A stretch of DNA of 64,000 nucleotides, taken from Prochlorococcus sp. AG-347-E23 (GTDB taxonomy: Bacteria > Cyanobacteriota > Cyanobacteriia > PCC-6307 > Cyanobiaceae). The DNA lies in contig QCBH01000003.1 of the NCBI GenBank assembly GCA_003281685.1, positions 48,234 to 112,233 on the forward strand, in the 5' to 3' direction. Shown here in pieces: positions 22,784 through 34,867 of the stretch. Numbering within the stretch: the stretch's first letter is position 1; the number at the start of each line of letters is the position of its first letter. Below the pieces are notes generated by a model, which saw only the letters and a program-made list of their open reading frames with translations, ran no database searches and was not told the origin of the DNA. The translations under genes were made by a program, and so were the position numbers.

Positions 22784-23875
22784 TTATGTTTTAATTTTTT
22801 GTTGTTCAAAATTTGAAATAACCTCTATTATGTCCCGTTTATTAATTTCAAAAGGCAAAAAGCGAATCTCAGATTTATCTTTACAAGTAAAATCTGCAAT
22901 TTTCTCTAAATTATTATTTTCAAAAACATTTATTCCAAGTTGTCCGATGGTAGTTGGCAAATTCAATTCTTTCATGAGTACAAATAATTGTTTAATTGAT
23001 TGATCAGCTAATTTGTTGTTATTTTTCATTTCTTCTAGTCTTAATTGCAATAATAATCCAACCCCAACAATCTCACCATGTAAAAATTTATTAGGGGTGA
23101 TTATCTGAGTTATTGCATTATGAATAGCATGTGCTGCTGCAGTCCTACATTTTTCTCCACCAATACCGCCAACTAATCCTGCTGTAAGTCCACATGCTTC
23201 TATAGTATTTTGCCAAGATGGATTATTTTGAAATTGATCCTTAAATGCTTTTCCTCCATCTATTAATAGTTGATCTCTTAAAACTCTTGATATCTGAATT
23301 GCTTGTTGAACAAGACCATCATCTATCTTTGAACTTGTTATTGAGGATTCGTACCATTTTGCCAAGGCATCTGCTATGCCACTTGCAAGTGTTCTTGATG
23401 GAGCTGTTTGAATAAATTTATGATCATAAACTAGTATTTTCGGACAAGATCCTAACGCAACATCTTTTATAAATTGACCATCCTTTGTATAAATATTAGA
23501 TAAGGCTGTCCAACCAGCACATGTAGAGGCGCTAAGGGGGACTGTAATGCAAGGAATATTAAGAGACTCGGCTATATATTTTCCAGAATCTAAAACTTTG
23601 CCACCTCCAGCTGCGATAACACAATCATTATGATTATTTGAAATAATATTCTTAACTCTTGAAATATCTTCGTAACAACAATCAAATTGTAGATTAGCAG
23701 AATTAACATCAAGTTTTTGATTTTTCAAATCATTAAAAATATTATTTCTCAAATTATTCGTTTGATTCCCTCTACCTAGAATTAATGGACTTTTAGTTAA
23801 TTTAGTAATTTGAGGTAAAGATTTTTCCCAAGCAAGATTTCCCCTATATATAGTTTCTGGAGAGATAGACTGCAT
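22784..23875 (-). CDS. gldA: Glycerol dehydrogenase family (iron/zinc alcohol dehydrogenase)
   Basis: GGGKVLDSGK, ASTCAG, AHAIHN and HGEIVG motifs. Confidence 0.82.
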   Translation of the reverse strand: MQSISPETIYRGNLAWEKSLPQITKLTKSPLILGRGNQTNNLRNNIFNDLKNQKLDVNSANLQFDCCYEDISRVKNIISNNHNDCVIAAGGGKVLDSGKYIAESLNIPCITVPLSASTCAGWTALSNIYTKDGQFIKDVALGSCPKILVYDHKFIQTAPSRTLASGIADALAKWYESSITSSKIDDGLVQQAIQISRVLRDQLLIDGGKAFKDQFQNNPSWQNTIEACGLTAGLVGGIGGEKCRTAAAHAIHNAITQIITPNKFLHGEIVGVGLLLQLRLEEMKNNNKLADQSIKQLFVLMKELNLPTTIGQLGINVFENNNLEKIADFTCKDKSEIRFLPFEINKRDIIEVISNFEQQKIKT

Positions 23876-23890
23876 ATTTACTTTGAATGA

Positions 23891-26416
23891 TTAGAAGTTT
23901 GCACCTGCCAACTCTTGAGAAGATTCTTCAGAAGAAATATTTATAGTAACTTTTTTATTATCATCTATATCAACTAAAGCATTATCTCCATCTTTTATTC
24001 TCCCAGACAGAACTTCTTCAGCCAAACTATCTTCTAGTAAACGCATAACTGCCCTTCTCAAAGGTCTCGCTCCGTATGAAGGATTGTAACCTTCTTCAAC
24101 AAGTCTTTCTTTGAAAGCATCGGTGACATTTAATTTAATACCTTTATCTTGTAGTCGGACAAAAACTTCTTGCAACATTATTTCTGCAATTTCTTTAACT
24201 TCATTTTTAGTTAGTTGTCTGAAAACAATAATTTCATCAAGTCTATTTAAAAATTCAGGCCTAAAGTATTGTTTAAGTTCTTCATTAACAAGTGATTTAA
24301 TTCTATTATATTGGCTATCTTCAACAGAATCACCTGAGAATTCGAATCCTAGTCCGCCACCTCCTTTCTCGATTACTTTTGAACCGATATTAGAGGTCAT
24401 TATTAACAATGTATTTTTAAAATCAACAGTCCTTCCTTTGGAGTCAGTTAATCTTCCGTCTTCAAGTAGTTGCAATAATAAGTTGAAAACATCTGGATGA
24501 GCCTTTTCAACCTCATCAAATAAAACGACAGTATAAGGACGTCTTCTAACAGCTTCAGTAAGCTGGCCGCCTTCATTAAAACCAACATAACCAGGAGGTG
24601 AGCCTATTAGTTTACTAACTGTATGTCTTTCCATAAATTCTGACATGTCTAATCTGATCATCGCTTCTTCACTACCAAAGAAATATGAAGCTAATGATTT
24701 AGTCAATTCAGTTTTACCAACACCAGTAGGACCAGAGAAGATAAAACTTGCGATAGGTCTATTAGGATTTTTTAATCCAACTCTTGCTCTTCTTATAGCT
24801 CTTGAAACAGCCTTTACAGCTTCATCTTGTCCAATTAGCCTTTGGTGAAGTGTTTCCTCCATATTAAGAAGCTTGACTGATTCAGTTTCTGTTAATTTTT
24901 GAACAGGAACGCCTGTCCACGAAGCCACAATATGTGCCACGTCCTCTTCACTAACAAGGGGGGCCTGTAAAAGTTTTGAATCACTTATTACAGAATTATC
25001 GGCATCAGATTGATCTCCAGCTGTAGATTCTTTTTTATTGTCCAATACCTCTTTAATTTTTGCAGACAATTCCATCTCTTTTTCCCGTAGTTGGCCAGCT
25101 TGATCGAAATTTTGGTCTCTAACAGATTCTTCCTTCTGTTTTTGGACTTGTCTTAGTTCTTTATCTATTTGTTTTGCTTCTGGCGGAAGTTTAGAGTTTA
25201 TTAAACGTACTCTACTTCCCGCCTCGTCAATGAGGTCAATCGCCTTATCTGGTAAAAATCTGTCAGATATATAACGATCCCCTAAATGAGCAGCGGCCTC
25301 TAGAGCATCATCAGTAATTTTTAAACGATGATGTTGTTCGTAACGCTCTCTAAGACCTTTTAAAATTTCGATTGTATCTTCTATAGATGGCTCACCTACC
25401 ATTACAGGCTGGAATCTTCTTTCTAGAGCAGCATCTCTTTCGATATGTTTTCTATATTCATCTAAAGTTGTTGCTCCAATACATTGAAGTTCCCCTCTAG
25501 CTAATGCTGGCTTGAGTATATTTGCTGCATCTATAGCTCCTTCAGCAGCTCCAGCACCAATTAAAGTATGCACTTCATCTATGACAAGAATGACGTTACC
25601 TGCTGATTTAATTTCTTCCATTATTTTTTTTAACCTTTCTTCAAATTCACCTCTATATTTTGTTCCTGCTACCAAGAGACCTATATCAAGAGTCAAAACT
25701 CTTTTATCTTCAAGTATGTCTGGAATATCCCCAGTTTGTATTCTTTGAGCTAAACCTTCTGCGATAGCTGTTTTACCTACTCCTGGCTCCCCAATAAGAA
25801 CAGGATTATTTTTTGTCCTCCTACCTAATATTTGTACTACACGATCTATTTCTGAATGGCGTCCAACGACTGGGTCTAATTTTGATTCACTTGCTAATTT
25901 TGTTAAATTTGTTCCGAATTCATCAAGAGTTGCAGTTTTTAAGTTTCCCTTAGCTGTACTGGCCCCTGTACCAACTTCGGCTGTTTCACCAAGCATCCTT
26001 ATAACTTGGGTTCTAACTTTGGTAAGGTCAATATTAAGATTTTCAAGAACTCTTGCAGCCACACCTTCACCTTCTCTTATTAAACCTAAAAGTAAATGTT
26101 CTGTACCAATGTAATTATGGCCAAGTTGACGAGCCTCTTCTAAAGAAAGCTCTAAAACTCTTTTAGCCCTGGGAGTAAAAGGTATTTCTACAGCTACAAA
26201 ACCTGAACCTCTACCTATTATCTTTTCCACCTCGATCCTTGAATCCTTCAAATTAACTCCCAGTGATTTAAGTACTTTCGCTGCGACCCCTGTTCCTTCT
26301 CCAATTAACCCCAAAAGAATTTGTTCAGTTCCAACAAAATTATGACCAAGTCTTCTAGCTTCCTCTTGAGCAAGCATAATGACCTTTATAGCTTTTTCTG
26401 TAAATCTTTCAAACAT
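23891..26416 (-). CDS. clpC: ATP-dependent Clp protease ATPase subunit ClpC
   Basis: [12 protein letters not shown] start, Clp-N repeats, two Walker A motifs ([16 protein letters not shown]), GARPLRR. Confidence 0.98.
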   Translation of the reverse strand: MFERFTEKAIKVIMLAQEEARRLGHNFVGTEQILLGLIGEGTGVAAKVLKSLGVNLKDSRIEVEKIIGRGSGFVAVEIPFTPRAKRVLELSLEEARQLGHNYIGTEHLLLGLIREGEGVAARVLENLNIDLTKVRTQVIRMLGETAEVGTGASTAKGNLKTATLDEFGTNLTKLASESKLDPVVGRHSEIDRVVQILGRRTKNNPVLIGEPGVGKTAIAEGLAQRIQTGDIPDILEDKRVLTLDIGLLVAGTKYRGEFEERLKKIMEEIKSAGNVILVIDEVHTLIGAGAAEGAIDAANILKPALARGELQCIGATTLDEYRKHIERDAALERRFQPVMVGEPSIEDTIEILKGLRERYEQHHRLKITDDALEAAAHLGDRYISDRFLPDKAIDLIDEAGSRVRLINSKLPPEAKQIDKELRQVQKQKEESVRDQNFDQAGQLREKEMELSAKIKEVLDNKKESTAGDQSDADNSVISDSKLLQAPLVSEEDVAHIVASWTGVPVQKLTETESVKLLNMEETLHQRLIGQDEAVKAVSRAIRRARVGLKNPNRPIASFIFSGPTGVGKTELTKSLASYFFGSEEAMIRLDMSEFMERHTVSKLIGSPPGYVGFNEGGQLTEAVRRRPYTVVLFDEVEKAHPDVFNLLLQLLEDGRLTDSKGRTVDFKNTLLIMTSNIGSKVIEKGGGGLGFEFSGDSVEDSQYNRIKSLVNEELKQYFRPEFLNRLDEIIVFRQLTKNEVKEIAEIMLQEVFVRLQDKGIKLNVTDAFKERLVEEGYNPSYGARPLRRAVMRLLEDSLAEEVLSGRIKDGDNALVDIDDNKKVTINISSEESSQELAGANF

Positions 26417-26590
26417 CAGAAGATTGAATTCTTATTAATAACCTACCAGCAATATGTCAAATTTGTGTTCAGAATGAGCTTTTGTGAATACCCAGAAGTA
26501 TAAATTATCAAATTAAATTGAACTTTTTTAGTGATATAACAAGATATTATAGTAATTTCAAGGATTCTGGTAATCCGAACAAATAAATTT

Positions 26591-27037
26591 TTACATTATT
26601 TTGTTGTTAATTTTTTTTTCTTTCAAAAGAGCATCTGAACCATCTTTATAATAATTTTTTCTTATTCCTACAGTAGAAAAATCAAAACGACTATAAAATC
26701 TTTCAGCAGTAACATTGACCTGAGAAACCTCCAATAATATTTTTTTTAGATTTAATTTTTCACATTTTTTTATTAAATAGCTCATGAGAAATGATCCAAA
26801 ACCCTTTTTCCTAAATTTTTTATTTACAACAAAATAATTTATTTGAGCTTCATCAAGAACAACCTGAAGAACACATATTCCAATGACTAAATTTGAAATT
26901 AATAATCCAAAGATTTTTGTACCTTCTTTTTTGAATTCGTTAGCCCATTGTTTCTTGCTCCATAGGGAAATCGTATTTGAATCTAATTCATAACATAAAT
27001 CAATATCTTTCTCATTTATTTGTTTGATGGATATCAT
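26591..27037 (-). CDS. rimI: Ribosomal protein S18 alanine N-acetyltransferase (GNAT)
   Basis: RKKGFGS, LEV and RKNYYKDGSDA motifs. Confidence 0.85.
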   Translation of the reverse strand: MISIKQINEKDIDLCYELDSNTISLWSKKQWANEFKKEGTKIFGLLISNLVIGICVLQVVLDEAQINYFVVNKKFRKKGFGSFLMSYLIKKCEKLNLKKILLEVSQVNVTAERFYSRFDFSTVGIRKNYYKDGSDALLKEKKINNKIM

Positions 27038-27120
27038 TTTAATATATATATTTAAAAGTTCAAATCTAGAGTCATTATAAAATATGACAGTTTTGGCAAA
27101 ACTTTATTTAGAGTTCCCCC

Positions 27121-28494
27121 ATGGAAGAAATACAATCTTTTTTAAAACAGAAAATTGACTTGGAAAGTCCTAATAAAAATATCGTACCAATTACTACTTC
27201 CATTGGAGGAGATGGGAAATTGTTAGTTGGTGGCTGTTCTATTGAAGAGTTAGTTAAAAAATATGATTCTCCTCTATATATATTAGATGAAATCACTCTA
27301 AGAAAGTCTTGTAGAGCCTATAAAAAAGCATTAGAAAAATATTACCCTGGGGAATCTCTCCCTATATACGCTTCCAAGGCAAATAGCTCCATATTCATGA
27401 GTAATCTTATTTCCTCAGAAGGTTTAGGACTTGATGCAGTGTCAGAGGGAGAATTATTAACTGCTCTAAAGGGTGGGGTGCCAAATGAAAAAATTGTTTT
27501 TCATGGGAATAACAAATCTGACAAAGAAATTGATTTCGCGATTAGAAATAACATCAAAATAATTGTAGATAATGACTATGACTTAAGAAGATTAGAGGAA
27601 GTATCAAATTCATTAAATCATGACTTAGAAATAATGATTCGCTTTACTCCTGGGATCGAATGCCATACACATGAATACATAAGAACAGGTTCATTTGATA
27701 GCAAATTTGGTTTTGGAATCGAATATTTGAATAATTTATTTGCAACCATAAGCGAAACTCAACATCTAAAATTAAAAGGAATACATGCTCATATTGGTTC
27801 CCAGATCTTTGAACTAGACCCTCATAAGGATCTAGGTGAAATAATGGTAAAGGTTATTTTAGACGCCAAAAAATTTGGCCATAATATTAAAGAACTTAAT
27901 GTTGGTGGAGGTTTAGGCATTAAATATACATTAAATGACGATCCACCTTCTATCGATGAATGGGTAAAAACAATTTCCAACTCAGTTGTTAAAGCTTGTA
28001 AAAAATACAATTTAGATTTGCCAAAATTGATGTGTGAACCTGGAAGATCTATCGTATCTACAGCAGGCATAACAATTTACAAAATTGGAGCTTTTAAAGA
28101 AATTCCTGGAATCAGAACTTATTTGTCTGTTGATGGCGGGATGAGTGATAATCCAAGGCCAATAACATATCAATCAAATTACTCTGCATGTTTGGTAAAA
28201 AATCCCTTTAATATTAACTCTAAAAATAAATATACAATTGCTGGCAAACACTGCGAATCGGGAGATGTATTGTTTAAGGAGATAGAACTAGCAAATTGCG
28301 AAACAGGAGATCTCATATGTGTCTTTGGTACTGGTGCTTACAATAATTCAATGAGTTCTAACTACAATAGAATTCCAAGACCCGCAGCCCTTTTAGTTTG
28401 TGATGGAGAAGCAGAGATTATTCAAAAAAGAGAAAGTCCAATTGATCTTTTAAAATATGATGTCTTGCCTGATCGCTTTATTAAACAAAATTAG
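27121..28494 (+). CDS. lysA: Diaminopimelate decarboxylase
   Basis: YASKAN, HAHIGSQ, NVGGGLG, CEPGRS and HCESGD motifs. Confidence 0.96.
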   Translation: MEEIQSFLKQKIDLESPNKNIVPITTSIGGDGKLLVGGCSIEELVKKYDSPLYILDEITLRKSCRAYKKALEKYYPGESLPIYASKANSSIFMSNLISSEGLGLDAVSEGELLTALKGGVPNEKIVFHGNNKSDKEIDFAIRNNIKIIVDNDYDLRRLEEVSNSLNHDLEIMIRFTPGIECHTHEYIRTGSFDSKFGFGIEYLNNLFATISETQHLKLKGIHAHIGSQIFELDPHKDLGEIMVKVILDAKKFGHNIKELNVGGGLGIKYTLNDDPPSIDEWVKTISNSVVKACKKYNLDLPKLMCEPGRSIVSTAGITIYKIGAFKEIPGIRTYLSVDGGMSDNPRPITYQSNYSACLVKNPFNINSKNKYTIAGKHCESGDVLFKEIELANCETGDLICVFGTGAYNNSMSSNYNRIPRPAALLVCDGEAEIIQKRESPIDLLKYDVLPDRFIKQN

Positions 28495-28522
28495 GTAAAT
28501 TTAAATTAATTCTGTTTTTAGT

Positions 28523-29431
28523 GTGAATTTCTGGGGAATTATAAATTTAAAGCTTTTATTAGATGTATTATTTGCTGTTGGTTTCGGACTTTTATTATTC
28601 TCTAGAGTAAAAGAACAACGGACATTATGGCTTCTAAGAGGATATTTGTTTTTAGTATCATCTGCATGGTTTATCCAAAGATATGCATACTTACCACTAA
28701 CATCAAAATTAATTGATGCTGTCGTGCTCGCTTGCTCTCTCTCATTAGCGATCCTTTGGCAAGGAGAGTTAAGAAGATTAATGGAACTACTAGGCACTGG
28801 GAGGCTAGCTGTATTACTTGGCAATCCACCAAAGGAATTTAGAGCAACTTCAACTACCATTACTCAGTTAGTTGATACTGCAGGTAAACTCTCTCAAAAT
28901 AGAAGAGGCGCTTTAATCGTTGTAGATTTGGGGAGTGATTTAAGACCTGAAGATTTTTTATATTCAGGTACAAATATTGAGGCACAATTATCAACTGACC
29001 TTTTAATAAATCTTTTTGCAACAGATACGCCCTTACATGATGGAGCAGTGCTTGTAAAAGGTAATAAAATAGTCTCTGCTGGCGTAATACTTCCACTCTC
29101 AAGACAAGGGATAAGTAGATACGGCACAAGACATTTAGCAGCCTTAGGAATTACAGAAAGATTTGACAGATGTATTTGTATTGTTGTTTCTGAAGAAACA
29201 GGTACGTTATCATTAGCAAGCCAAGGCAAACTCGAAAGGCCAATAACCAGCAGCAGGTTACAAGAACTTCTTTCAAAATTTATTGGTAATCAAAACTCTA
29301 TGGGAGCAAATAAAGCATCATTAAGTAAAAATGTCTTATCCCAAAACACAGAATCAAGTGATAATATCATCAGTGATATTAATAAAAAAGAGTCAGAAAC
29401 ATCAGAAATTTTTATTAACAAAAAGGATTAA
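28523..29431 (+). CDS. cdaA: Diadenylate cyclase (DisA_N domain, 3 TM)
   Basis: LHDGAV and GTRHLAA catalytic motifs, VSEETG; lysA-cdaA-uppS synteny. Confidence 0.93.
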   Translation: MNFWGIINLKLLLDVLFAVGFGLLLFSRVKEQRTLWLLRGYLFLVSSAWFIQRYAYLPLTSKLIDAVVLACSLSLAILWQGELRRLMELLGTGRLAVLLGNPPKEFRATSTTITQLVDTAGKLSQNRRGALIVVDLGSDLRPEDFLYSGTNIEAQLSTDLLINLFATDTPLHDGAVLVKGNKIVSAGVILPLSRQGISRYGTRHLAALGITERFDRCICIVVSEETGTLSLASQGKLERPITSSRLQELLSKFIGNQNSMGANKASLSKNVLSQNTESSDNIISDINKKESETSEIFINKKD

Positions 29432-29434
29432 CTA

Positions 29435-30241
29435 ATGAGTTTAGAAAAAGTAATAGACGATAAAACTAGTGCCTTATTAATGAAAATAGATAAGCAAAAA
29501 TTGCCCAAGCACATAGCAATAATTATGGATGGCAATGGGAGATGGGCAACTAGAAAAGGTTTGCCCCGATCATTTGGACATAAACAAGGCGTCAGTGTAT
29601 TAAAAAAAATTCTCAAAGCTGCAAAAAATTTAGGTTGTAAAGTAATTACTGTTTATGCTTTTTCTACTGAGAATTGGACAAGACCAACAAAGGAAGTTGA
29701 TTTTCTTATAAATCTTTTTAGCGAAGTTTTAAAAAACGAAATTAAAGAGATACATGAAGAATCAACAAAAATAAAATTCATTGGAGATTTAACTCCTTTC
29801 CCAAAAAATTTAAAAGAAATAATCTCTAGTTCAGAATCACTTACTAAAAACAACAATAAATTTTTATTCAATGTTTGTGTTAATTACGGAGGTAGACAAG
29901 AAATAGTAAAAGTTGCAAAAGAACTAGCATTAAAATCTTCTTCTGGGGAAATAAAACCAAGTGAAATTAATGAAGAATTATTCAATTCAGAGTTATTAAC
30001 TAGAGGGATTAAGGATCCAGAATTATTAATAAGAACTAGTGGTGAAAAAAGGATAAGTAATTTTTTATTATGGCAATTAGCATATTCAGAAATTTATATA
30101 TCTGACGTACTTTGGCCAGAGTTCAATGAGCATGAATTTCTTAAAGCAATAATTGATTACCAATCAAGAAATAGACGTTTCGGCGGTATAGAATCATTAC
30201 CAAATGAATCTTTTGAAGATTCTGAATATATTTCCAAATAA
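29435..30241 (+). CDS. uppS: Undecaprenyl diphosphate synthase (isoprenyl transferase)
   Basis: [15 protein letters not shown] and [16 protein letters not shown] motifs. Confidence 0.96.
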   Translation: MSLEKVIDDKTSALLMKIDKQKLPKHIAIIMDGNGRWATRKGLPRSFGHKQGVSVLKKILKAAKNLGCKVITVYAFSTENWTRPTKEVDFLINLFSEVLKNEIKEIHEESTKIKFIGDLTPFPKNLKEIISSSESLTKNNNKFLFNVCVNYGGRQEIVKVAKELALKSSSGEIKPSEINEELFNSELLTRGIKDPELLIRTSGEKRISNFLLWQLAYSEIYISDVLWPEFNEHEFLKAIIDYQSRNRRFGGIESLPNESFEDSEYISK

Positions 30242-30243
30242 AA

Positions 30244-31251
30244 ATGGCTAATTCAAATAATCAGTTATTTAAAGAAATTAGGTTCGATTGGAATAAAGAG
30301 GAGATATTAGAAATACTTAATATGCCTCTTATTGATTTAATGTGGGAATCACAAACCGTTCACAGGAAATTTAACAAATACGATATTCAATTAGCATCAT
30401 TGTTCAGCGTAAAAACTGGTGGATGTGAGGAAAATTGTTCGTACTGTAGCCAATCAATATATAGTGCTAGCGAAATCAAAAGTCATCCACAGTTTCAAGT
30501 TGAAGAGGTTTTATCAAGAGCTCAAGTAGCAAAAAATGAAGGTGCAGATAGGTTTTGTATGGGTTGGGCGTGGAGAGAAATTAGAGATGGGAAATCTTTT
30601 AATGCAATGTTGGAGATGGTCAGCGGTGTTAGAGATTTAGGTATGGAAGCATGCGTTACTGCTGGGATGCTTACAGAAGAACAAGCTTCCAGATTGGCTG
30701 ATGCAGGTTTGACCGCGTATAACCACAATCTTGATACTAGTCCTGAGCATTATAAAAATATTATTACGACTAGAACTTATCAAGACAGACTAGATACTAT
30801 TAAAAGAGTAAGGAATGCAGGAATAAATGTTTGTTGTGGAGGAATAATAGGCTTGGGTGAAACTAATGGCGATAGAGCATCTCTTTTGGAAGTGCTTTCA
30901 AACATGAATCCACACCCTGAAAGTGTTCCTATAAATTCATTAGTAGCTATTGAAGGCACTGGTTTAGAAGATAATAAAGAAATTGATTCTATTGAAATGA
31001 TAAGGATGATAGCTACAGCAAGAATTCTTATGCCTAAAAGTAAAATAAGACTAAGTGCAGGGAGAGAAAAGCTTTCAAAAGAAGCCCAAATATTATGTTT
31101 TCAATGTGGGGCAAATTCAATTTTTTATGGAGATGAGTTACTCACAACTTCAAATCCATCTTTTCAATCAGACAGAAAACTTCTTAAAGAGGTTGGAGTA
31201 TCATTTAACAAAGATTTTGAAACTTGCGAAAAAACATTATCTTCTTTATGA
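30244..31251 (+). CDS. bioB: Biotin synthase
   Basis: Radical [18 protein letters not shown] and ESVPIN motifs. Confidence 0.97.
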   Translation: MANSNNQLFKEIRFDWNKEEILEILNMPLIDLMWESQTVHRKFNKYDIQLASLFSVKTGGCEENCSYCSQSIYSASEIKSHPQFQVEEVLSRAQVAKNEGADRFCMGWAWREIRDGKSFNAMLEMVSGVRDLGMEACVTAGMLTEEQASRLADAGLTAYNHNLDTSPEHYKNIITTRTYQDRLDTIKRVRNAGINVCCGGIIGLGETNGDRASLLEVLSNMNPHPESVPINSLVAIEGTGLEDNKEIDSIEMIRMIATARILMPKSKIRLSAGREKLSKEAQILCFQCGANSIFYGDELLTTSNPSFQSDRKLLKEVGVSFNKDFETCEKTLSSL

Positions 31252-32180
31252 AAGGCAAAAATTATAAAATAGTTTCTCTTTACTCTTTTTTCCCATTTCA
31301 AGAAAACTTAATTCTTGATTTAAAAAATAAATTATTAGAAATCGAAAATAAAAAAGATCTTTCAGGTTTATTAATTTTTGCGAGTGAGGGCATTAATGGA
31401 ACTATTTGTGCAGAGAAAAATGTAATTGACATTGTTATCAATTTACTTAGAAAATATACAGATAATAGAAATTTGAATATAAAGGTAAACTTTTCAAAAA
31501 AGAAAGTATTCAAAAAATTAAAAATAAAAATCAAGAAAGAAATAGTTACCATGGGTTCCCCTGAAATAAACCCTTCAGAAAATAATGGGACCTATATTGA
31601 CTCAGCTGATTGGAATAAGTTAATTAAAAATCAAAATACAATAGTCATTGATACTAGGAATCATTATGAGGTTTCTATAGGAACATTTCATAATTCTATA
31701 AACCCAAATACAAGAAATTTTAGCGAATTCCCCAAGTGGGTAGATGATCATTTAGATACCTATTTAGAAGATAATGAGTCTACAAATATAGCAATGTTTT
31801 GTACCGGAGGAATAAGATGTGAAAAAGCCACTAGTTTGCTAAGAAAGAAAGGTTATAAAAATATTTATCACTTACGAGGCGGCATAATTCAATACTTTGA
31901 TGACATACCAAAAGAAGAAAACTTATTTGATGGTGAATGTTATGTTTTCGATAAAAGAGTTGCTTTAAATCATGAATTAGAAAAAGGCTCATACTCGATT
32001 TGTCATGCATGTGGAATGCCAGTTTCAATTCAAGATCAAAAAAGAAAAGAATATAGAAAGGGTATTCAATGTCATTTCTGCATAGATCAATTTAGTGATA
32101 ATGATAGGAAAAGATTTGAAGAAAGACAAAAACAGATCGACAGATTAAAAGTGGAAAATCATAAAATCTATCAGGACTAA
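31248..32180 (+). CDS. trhO: Rhodanese-related tRNA uridine(34) hydroxylase
   Basis: EGINGT, DTRNHYE and [12 protein letters not shown] motifs, C-terminal Cys cluster; start placed at the ATGA overlap with bioB. Confidence 0.85.
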   Translation: MKGKNYKIVSLYSFFPFQENLILDLKNKLLEIENKKDLSGLLIFASEGINGTICAEKNVIDIVINLLRKYTDNRNLNIKVNFSKKKVFKKLKIKIKKEIVTMGSPEINPSENNGTYIDSADWNKLIKNQNTIVIDTRNHYEVSIGTFHNSINPNTRNFSEFPKWVDDHLDTYLEDNESTNIAMFCTGGIRCEKATSLLRKKGYKNIYHLRGGIIQYFDDIPKEENLFDGECYVFDKRVALNHELEKGSYSICHACGMPVSIQDQKRKEYRKGIQCHFCIDQFSDNDRKRFEERQKQIDRLKVENHKIYQD

Positions 32181-32191
32181 TTTTCAAAATC

Positions 32192-32692
32192 ATGAAGGTT
32201 GAAGAATTAGAAAAATTAGCAAGTACCATTGGATTATTAATTAAAATTCAAGTTAGAGAAACTCTCGGATTATGTTTCTTTAGAATCGTTATAGCCGAAC
32301 AGAAAGATAACATCATTAAGATTTGGGCCGAAATGAAAGGTTGGACTTATTTTAATAAGCAGGGTATTCAACTTGATACATTAAGGATCCTTAGTAAAGC
32401 GCCTGCCTTTGTTTCAGAATTAATATGGGCAACAACTATGGCTTGGGCAATTGAAAAAAAATTAAGCAACACAGCAAGACTTTTAGCTATTTTTGATAGT
32501 GAAGGATATAGTAAAAAACTTGTAAGATATTTCAAGTTAATAGGCTTCAAAATCGTTAAAGAAGTTGGTTCAAGCCCAGTAGATCTTTTATTAAGATTGG
32601 TCTGGGGAGGTGCAGGTACACTTATGAACGGGGAATGTATTTACATATTGAAAAAACTTGAAAAGAAACTCTCTTTAATTGAAGAAAGTTAA
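32192..32692 (+). CDS. Conserved hypothetical protein, possibly GNAT-like
   Basis: 166-aa ORF; LVRYFKLIGF resembles GNAT motif B (by eye). Confidence 0.65.
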   Translation: MKVEELEKLASTIGLLIKIQVRETLGLCFFRIVIAEQKDNIIKIWAEMKGWTYFNKQGIQLDTLRILSKAPAFVSELIWATTMAWAIEKKLSNTARLLAIFDSEGYSKKLVRYFKLIGFKIVKEVGSSPVDLLLRLVWGGAGTLMNGECIYILKKLEKKLSLIEES

Positions 32693-33588
32693 CCGGCATG
32701 ATAACTACTTCTAACTAAGGGGCCAGAAGATACTTTCTTGAATCCTAATTCCTTAGAGAAGCGATTTAAATATTCAAACTCTGATGGATCCCAATATTTC
32801 TTAACTGCCAAATGGTTGAATGAGGGCCTTAAATATTGGCCGATTGTAATTTGATCACAATCTATTTTTTTAAGATCATAAATTGTATTTTTTATTTCGT
32901 CCAATGTTTCCCCAAGACCTAGCATAATGCCTGATTTAGTTTGAATATGAGGAGCAATATCTTTTGACTTTTTTAGTAAACTAAGGGATTTTTTATAATT
33001 TGCACCTCTCCTAACTTCTTTTTGGAGTCTTTCAACAGTTTCAAGATTATGATTAAAGCATATTGGATCTTTTTCTAAAATCATCTTCAATCTCTCAGTT
33101 TGAAGGTTATTAGTTTCATCAAAATTCTTGCCCCCACCCCATAAATCAGGAGTTAAAACCTCTATTTTAATTGTTGAATCAATTTTTCTAATCTCATCAA
33201 TTGTAGATATAAATAAATTTGCACCATGATCATGGAGATCATCTCTAGCTACAGATGTCAAAACAACATATTTCAAATTTAGTACTTTCACTGCTTCAGC
33301 GACTTGAGTACATTCATCAATATTGATAGAACTAGGTCTACCTTTATTTACCTGACAAAAAGCACATGAACGAGAACATATCGATCCACCCAGTAAGAAA
33401 GTGGCAGTTCCTGAGGCATAACATTCTGCTCTATTTGGACATCTTGCTTCTTCACAAATAGTATGAATATTTGATTTTTTGATGAGTGTTTGTATTTTTT
33501 CGAATTCTGAAGCTTTACTAATAGGAAATTTAATCCAAGCGGGAAGTCTTAGAATTTTTTCTTTCTTGATTAAATTATTGTCTCTCAT
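32689..33588 (-). CDS. lipA: Lipoyl synthase
   Basis: CEEARCPNRAEC, CSRSCAFC, HNLETV and RSSY motifs. Confidence 0.97.
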   Translation of the reverse strand: MRDNNLIKKEKILRLPAWIKFPISKASEFEKIQTLIKKSNIHTICEEARCPNRAECYASGTATFLLGGSICSRSCAFCQVNKGRPSSINIDECTQVAEAVKVLNLKYVVLTSVARDDLHDHGANLFISTIDEIRKIDSTIKIEVLTPDLWGGGKNFDETNNLQTERLKMILEKDPICFNHNLETVERLQKEVRRGANYKKSLSLLKKSKDIAPHIQTKSGIMLGLGETLDEIKNTIYDLKKIDCDQITIGQYLRPSFNHLAVKKYWDPSEFEYLNRFSKELGFKKVSSGPLVRSSYHAG

Positions 33589-33591
33589 TAT

Positions 33592-34197
33592 CTAATTTAG
33601 TTTTGTTCTTCCTTCTAAAGCCCTTGCAAGTGTAACTTCATCAACATATTCAAGTTCACTACCCATTGGGAGGCCATATGCAATCCTCGTAACTTTAGTA
33701 AAAGGGGCTAACAATTTTCCAATATAAAGACTTGTTGTATCTCCCTCAACACTGGGGGTCAATGCCAATATAATCTCATCTATTTCAGACTTACTAACTC
33801 TTTCTACCAAGCTTCTTATTTCTAAGAGTTCGGGGCCAACAGAATCCATTGGGGATATTAAACCACCAATAACGTGGTAAACACCTTTAAATTCTCTGGC
33901 GCGCTCCAAAGCAAGCAAATCTTTAGTTTCAGCTACTACACAGATTAGTTTTTGATTTCTTTCAGTATTTTTACAAATTTCACATTCATCTTCTGAAGTC
34001 AAATTGAAACATTTTTTGCAACGACCAACATTACTATGTGCTTCTAATAGAGCCTTTGAAAAATCTCTTATAGTACTTTCAGGTTGTTTTAAAATAAACA
34101 GAGCTAATCGTTGAGCTGTTCTTGGACCAATCCCTGGAAATTTCTCAAAATGACCAATTAACTTTGAAAGCGGTTTGGTATAAGTAATCAAAATCAA
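33592..34197 (-). CDS. recR: Recombination mediator RecR
   Basis: [12 protein letters not shown]4 zinc finger and Toprim (SVEGDTT) motifs. Confidence 0.97.
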   Translation of the reverse strand: MILITYTKPLSKLIGHFEKFPGIGPRTAQRLALFILKQPESTIRDFSKALLEAHSNVGRCKKCFNLTSEDECEICKNTERNQKLICVVAETKDLLALERAREFKGVYHVIGGLISPMDSVGPELLEIRSLVERVSKSEIDEIILALTPSVEGDTTSLYIGKLLAPFTKVTRIAYGLPMGSELEYVDEVTLARALEGRTKLN

Positions 34198-34294
34198 ACT
34201 ATTTCTAGGGATAATTTAGACGCAAAATTCTGGATTGCCATAATTGTTTGCTTTTGATGTCTTATTATGTTTTAAGTTAGTAATTTCAAACAAA

Positions 34295-34852
34295 ATGAAA
34301 AATATTAAATTTAACCCTTTCAAATATTTATTTTTGATTTTTTTGTGTTTAACACTTAGTGCTTGTAGTGGCGGACTAAATGCGGGTTTAGAAGCTTATC
34401 AAAGTCCAGATGGAAGATATGCCTTTTTGTATCCAACAGGATGGACTAGAGTAAAAGTCGATGGAGGACCTGAAATTATTTATCATGATCTAATAAATAG
34501 TAATGAGACCTTAAGTTTAGTCATTTCTGATGTAAATAAAGAGGTTCAATTAGAGCAACTAGGAAGCCCAAGTGAAGTAGGTCAAACATTAATTGATAAA
34601 GTCATTGCTCCTGAAGGTTCAGGTAGAGAGGTAAAACTTATAAATTCAAATAAGAGGGAGGCATCCAATCATATTTTCTATGATTTAGAGTATGAATTAA
34701 ATTTAAATAAACAGGCCAGACACGAATTAGCTACTGTTGTAATTGATAGAGGAACACTTTACACTTTCGCTGTGGGAACAAATGAAGAGAGATGGAATAA
34801 AGTTGACGGCATGTTTAGTAATGTAATTGAATCATTTAACTTTTTAATATAG
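34295..34852 (+). CDS. psbP: Photosystem II extrinsic lipoprotein PsbP (CyanoP)
   Basis: Lipobox LSAC, DGRYAFLYPTGW; start moved to the ATG at 34295. Confidence 0.88.
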   Translation: MKNIKFNPFKYLFLIFLCLTLSACSGGLNAGLEAYQSPDGRYAFLYPTGWTRVKVDGGPEIIYHDLINSNETLSLVISDVNKEVQLEQLGSPSEVGQTLIDKVIAPEGSGREVKLINSNKREASNHIFYDLEYELNLNKQARHELATVVIDRGTLYTFAVGTNEERWNKVDGMFSNVIESFNFLI

Positions 34853-34867
34853 TTTAGAAATTATAAA